Under the pieces are notes generated by a model. That model made no database searches, was not told where the DNA came from, and saw only the letters and a list, made by a program, of their open reading frames with translations. The position numbers and the translations under genes were made by a program. Source: a virus (taxonomy: Duplodnaviria; Caudoviricetes). Taken from it: a DNA stretch of 36,595 bases. Below, one piece after another: positions 34,269-36,595 of this stretch (positions within the stretch are counted from its first letter, which is position 1; each line of letters starts with the position of its first letter). The DNA lies in IMG/VR virus record IMGVR_UViG_3300027719_000035, positions 1 through 36,595 of that record; one strand, 5' to 3'.

Positions 34269-35948
34269 CTAGATTACCTGTGAGAAACCGCCATTATTAC
34301 CGTCTAATTCTTGTTGTAATAAATAGATTGCGTTCACAGTACTTGCTATCATATCTATTTTACCACTACTTTTCTTTTTATTCAAGTACCTATTTTGGTT
34401 AGTATCGTATGTACATTTTGCATTTTGAAAATTCTGTTCGTACAATGTATTTTTTTCATACATGAATTTCTTTTGCAAGATAGATTCATGCAATAACTTT
34501 GTTGGTCTGTGAAGAATTTTTGAATGTTGTTTTACTTCTACCGTTGTCATTCCTTCTTCATCAAGTTTACCTGCTGTACTCAAACAGTTCATCCAATCGT
34601 AACCTACCTGAATAACATTTACTCCAAACCTTTCTTGTATCTCCATGATAAAATTTTCAACATAAGTGTAACTGATAACGTCATTTCCACAATCAAAACA
34701 ATTCCCTTCCCGGATAAAACGGTTGTAATCTGTTCTCTCAATGTTGTTTTTCTCTGTGATCCTATCTGTTGGAATAAATGCCCATGATTTTGCAAGTATC
34801 GTTTCCGTTTCAAAGTCATATGATACCATAGATACTGAAACATTATCGTCTGTCTTTGCCATATCTAAACCGAGATACACGTCACGACCATACCATTCGA
34901 TATTATCCACTTTACATTTACGCACTTGATCAATAGATATAAAACTTTCCCCTGATGATGAAGGTACAAAATGATTCATATTTTTCGTCAAATATTCTTC
35001 TTGTTCACTAGGTTTTGCAAGTGCAGTCTTTCTTCTCGCTCTTATTTCTTCATAATTTCTTTCAACACGCAAAGGATTTGCCATGTACAATCCGTGATCA
35101 TCCCATAAATGTTCTTCTGATGAATAATAAACTAACGCAAATAACCTATCATCTATTTCCGTTCCGGCATAAATTTTTCTCAAATAGTCTAATTCTTCTA
35201 ACATCGGACTTTTATCTTCGGCATAAGCGGTTGTTAATTTAAACATCAAAGGATTTTTAACGGATTGTTGCCCTGATTCCATGGCATTTACATTGGAATT
35301 ATCACGCATCGCACCGTATTCATCGGCAATAAAAGCCGCACTTCTGATTGAATTGTTCGAGTTTGCCTGTGCTGTACGTGGTTGAAATGTGGAGTGAGTG
35401 AGCGAACATGTAGTTCTTCCGCTTAATGTCTTTGGAATTTTGAAATACTTTCCGACTAATGGACTTACTTCCAATATCTGACGTATTGCTTTTTTTATTT
35501 CTCCTGCTAAATCCCTATCTAAACAAATGGAATAAAATTCTGAATAAGCATCTTCGGTTAGCATAAGTATAATTACAATGACTGCAGCTATAAAAGTTTT
35601 TGCATTCTTACGTGGTATAAACAATGTTACTTTTCTATATCTGAATCGGTGTTCATCGTTTTTAAATCTCCAACCAAATATATTTGTAATAAAAAATGCC
35701 TGGTATAGAGCAATTCCATCATGTACGGATCCTGTTACAAAACCTGTCGCAAAATTTAACAACTTCAAAATCCCTTCAATGACTTTCAACTTCTCTTCAT
35801 GGAATCTATACGGAAAACTTTCATCGTTTTCTTTTTCTCTGTCCGAGATAAACCATTTGCATTGTTGAATTACTTCAGGTGTTGTTATTTCTTTTCCACT
35901 TATACAATCCTCTGCATACTGTGTGGCTTTTTCAAGTAGCATAATCAA
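34269..35948 (-). CDS. terL: Terminase large subunit
   Basis: Walker A 'PRKNAKT', Walker B 'FIADE', 'LGLDMA', 'KIDMIAS'. Confidence 0.95.
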   Translation of the reverse strand: MIMLLEKATQYAEDCISGKEITTPEVIQQCKWFISDREKENDESFPYRFHEEKLKVIEGILKLLNFATGFVTGSVHDGIALYQAFFITNIFGWRFKNDEHRFRYRKVTLFIPRKNAKTFIAAVIVIILMLTEDAYSEFYSICLDRDLAGEIKKAIRQILEVSPLVGKYFKIPKTLSGRTTCSLTHSTFQPRTAQANSNNSIRSAAFIADEYGAMRDNSNVNAMESGQQSVKNPLMFKLTTAYAEDKSPMLEELDYLRKIYAGTEIDDRLFALVYYSSEEHLWDDHGLYMANPLRVERNYEEIRARRKTALAKPSEQEEYLTKNMNHFVPSSSGESFISIDQVRKCKVDNIEWYGRDVYLGLDMAKTDDNVSVSMVSYDFETETILAKSWAFIPTDRITEKNNIERTDYNRFIREGNCFDCGNDVISYTYVENFIMEIQERFGVNVIQVGYDWMNCLSTAGKLDEEGMTTVEVKQHSKILHRPTKLLHESILQKKFMYEKNTLYEQNFQNAKCTYDTNQNRYLNKKKSSGKIDMIASTVNAIYLLQQELDGNNGGFSQVI

Positions 35949-36511
35949 CCACCTTTCAAGACCTTCATCAAATCATCTTCTTCTTTTTCAACTTTTTTCG
36001 GTATAGAACGTAACGCACCTGCGATAGTAAATAGATTTTCTTTCTCAATAGCAAACAACATTTGTCTTTTTGAATCTAATATCTTATCTATCTTATTCAT
36101 TGCATCTGTTAGACTTGATAAATTTTTTGTGAGTTCCAATAATACTTCGATACGTTCTTCAAGTGTATTATCAGCAGCCAACATTTTAAACGTGGCTCTT
36201 ATCTCTGTAAAAGTTTCCCATGAATAATCACGTTGCTCTTTTAAGTGAATACACTCTGCTAGTAATTCGCAATAACGATTGATAACTGTTTCATATGATG
36301 CATCGTTCTTATCTATCTTCGATAATATTCTGCATACTCTTAAAAATTCTTTATGTGCAACAGGATCACGTTTCACGGAAGAGGACTCTATAATTTTACC
36401 ACCTGCAAGGACTTCCTTCTCCGCACGTTCTCTATCTGCTTTTTGTTTTGCTGTCATGTGTGACCTTGCTTCGCTTGTCAACACTGATATGGGTTTGCTT
36501 GGTCTTGCCAT
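35945..36511 (-). CDS. terS: Terminase small subunit (P27-like)
   Basis: 'MARPSKP', 'RYC', ATGA overlap with terL. Confidence 0.85.
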   Translation of the reverse strand: MARPSKPISVLTSEARSHMTAKQKADRERAEKEVLAGGKIIESSSVKRDPVAHKEFLRVCRILSKIDKNDASYETVINRYCELLAECIHLKEQRDYSWETFTEIRATFKMLAADNTLEERIEVLLELTKNLSSLTDAMNKIDKILDSKRQMLFAIEKENLFTIAGALRSIPKKVEKEEDDLMKVLKGG

Positions 36512-36541
36512 GTTTTTTCTCCAATCCTATAATTTATTCTA

Positions 36542-36568
36542 AATGATAATGCAAATCATTTGCATTTG
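36542..36568. promoter_or_regulatory. Nested inverted repeats upstream of terS
   Basis: AATGCAAAT-C-ATTTGCATT (36548-36566) and AATGAT-N7-ATCATT (36542-36560). Confidence 0.55.
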
Positions 36569-36595
36569 ATAAACGGAACTTATTTTAAGTGAAGG

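Larger units (their letters stand above)
1..36595 (-). mobile_element. Near-complete or complete siphovirus genome (HK97-fold head, probably cos packaging), probable Clostridia host
   Basis: Full ordered set of packaging, head, tail, lysis, recombination and replication modules; HNH at one end and terS at the other; no host genes seen. Confidence 0.93.

Noticed and set aside
29727-34843. Alternative-frame minus-strand ORFs at 29727..29921, 31271..31456 and 34619..34843
   Set aside because: Nested within conserved structural genes, with no SD or motif support
305-36542. All plus-strand ORFs in the supplied track
   Set aside because: They lie antisense to well-supported minus-strand genes, have shadow-frame compositions (F/L/S/I-rich) and show no recognisable motifs
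1-36595. tRNA, rRNA, introns/inteins, alternative genetic code
   Set aside because: No cloverleaf or rRNA-like segment noticed by eye; core genes are of normal length and uninterrupted in the standard code

Overview
The window looks like an essentially complete, AT-rich tailed-phage genome (siphovirus, HK97-type head) with every credible gene on the minus strand. The host is probably a Clostridia/Firmicutes member, inferred from low GC, strong SD sites, sigmaA-type promoters and a GH25 lysin. It appears to be opened at or next to the packaging (cos) site. Reading from 36595 down: terS, terL, portal, protease, capsid, neck and tail genes (with a -1 frameshift chaperone), tape measure, Dit, Tal, receptor-binding protein and lysis cassette. 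Three early units follow, each with a terminator, a promoter and an HTH gene at or near its start. They carry SbcC-like ATPase, RecT, MBL hydrolase, SSB, ERCC4 nuclease, CHC2 zinc finger, DUF927 helicase plus an iteron origin, radical SAM, C5 DNA methyltransferase, DUF3310 and HNH. I found no integrase and no divergent CI repressor. Where a lysogeny module would normally lie there is a self-contained ~80-nt non-coding transcription unit displaying anti-Shine-Dalgarno sequences, which is the most interesting item. Other notable items are an unannotated 37-aa cationic peptide in the lysis cassette, a head-tail connector with an inserted beta domain, a MazG-like protein lacking catalytic residues, a dispersed structured repeat and an A-tract-free zone beside cos. 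All product calls come from motif recognition and synteny. No database search was run.
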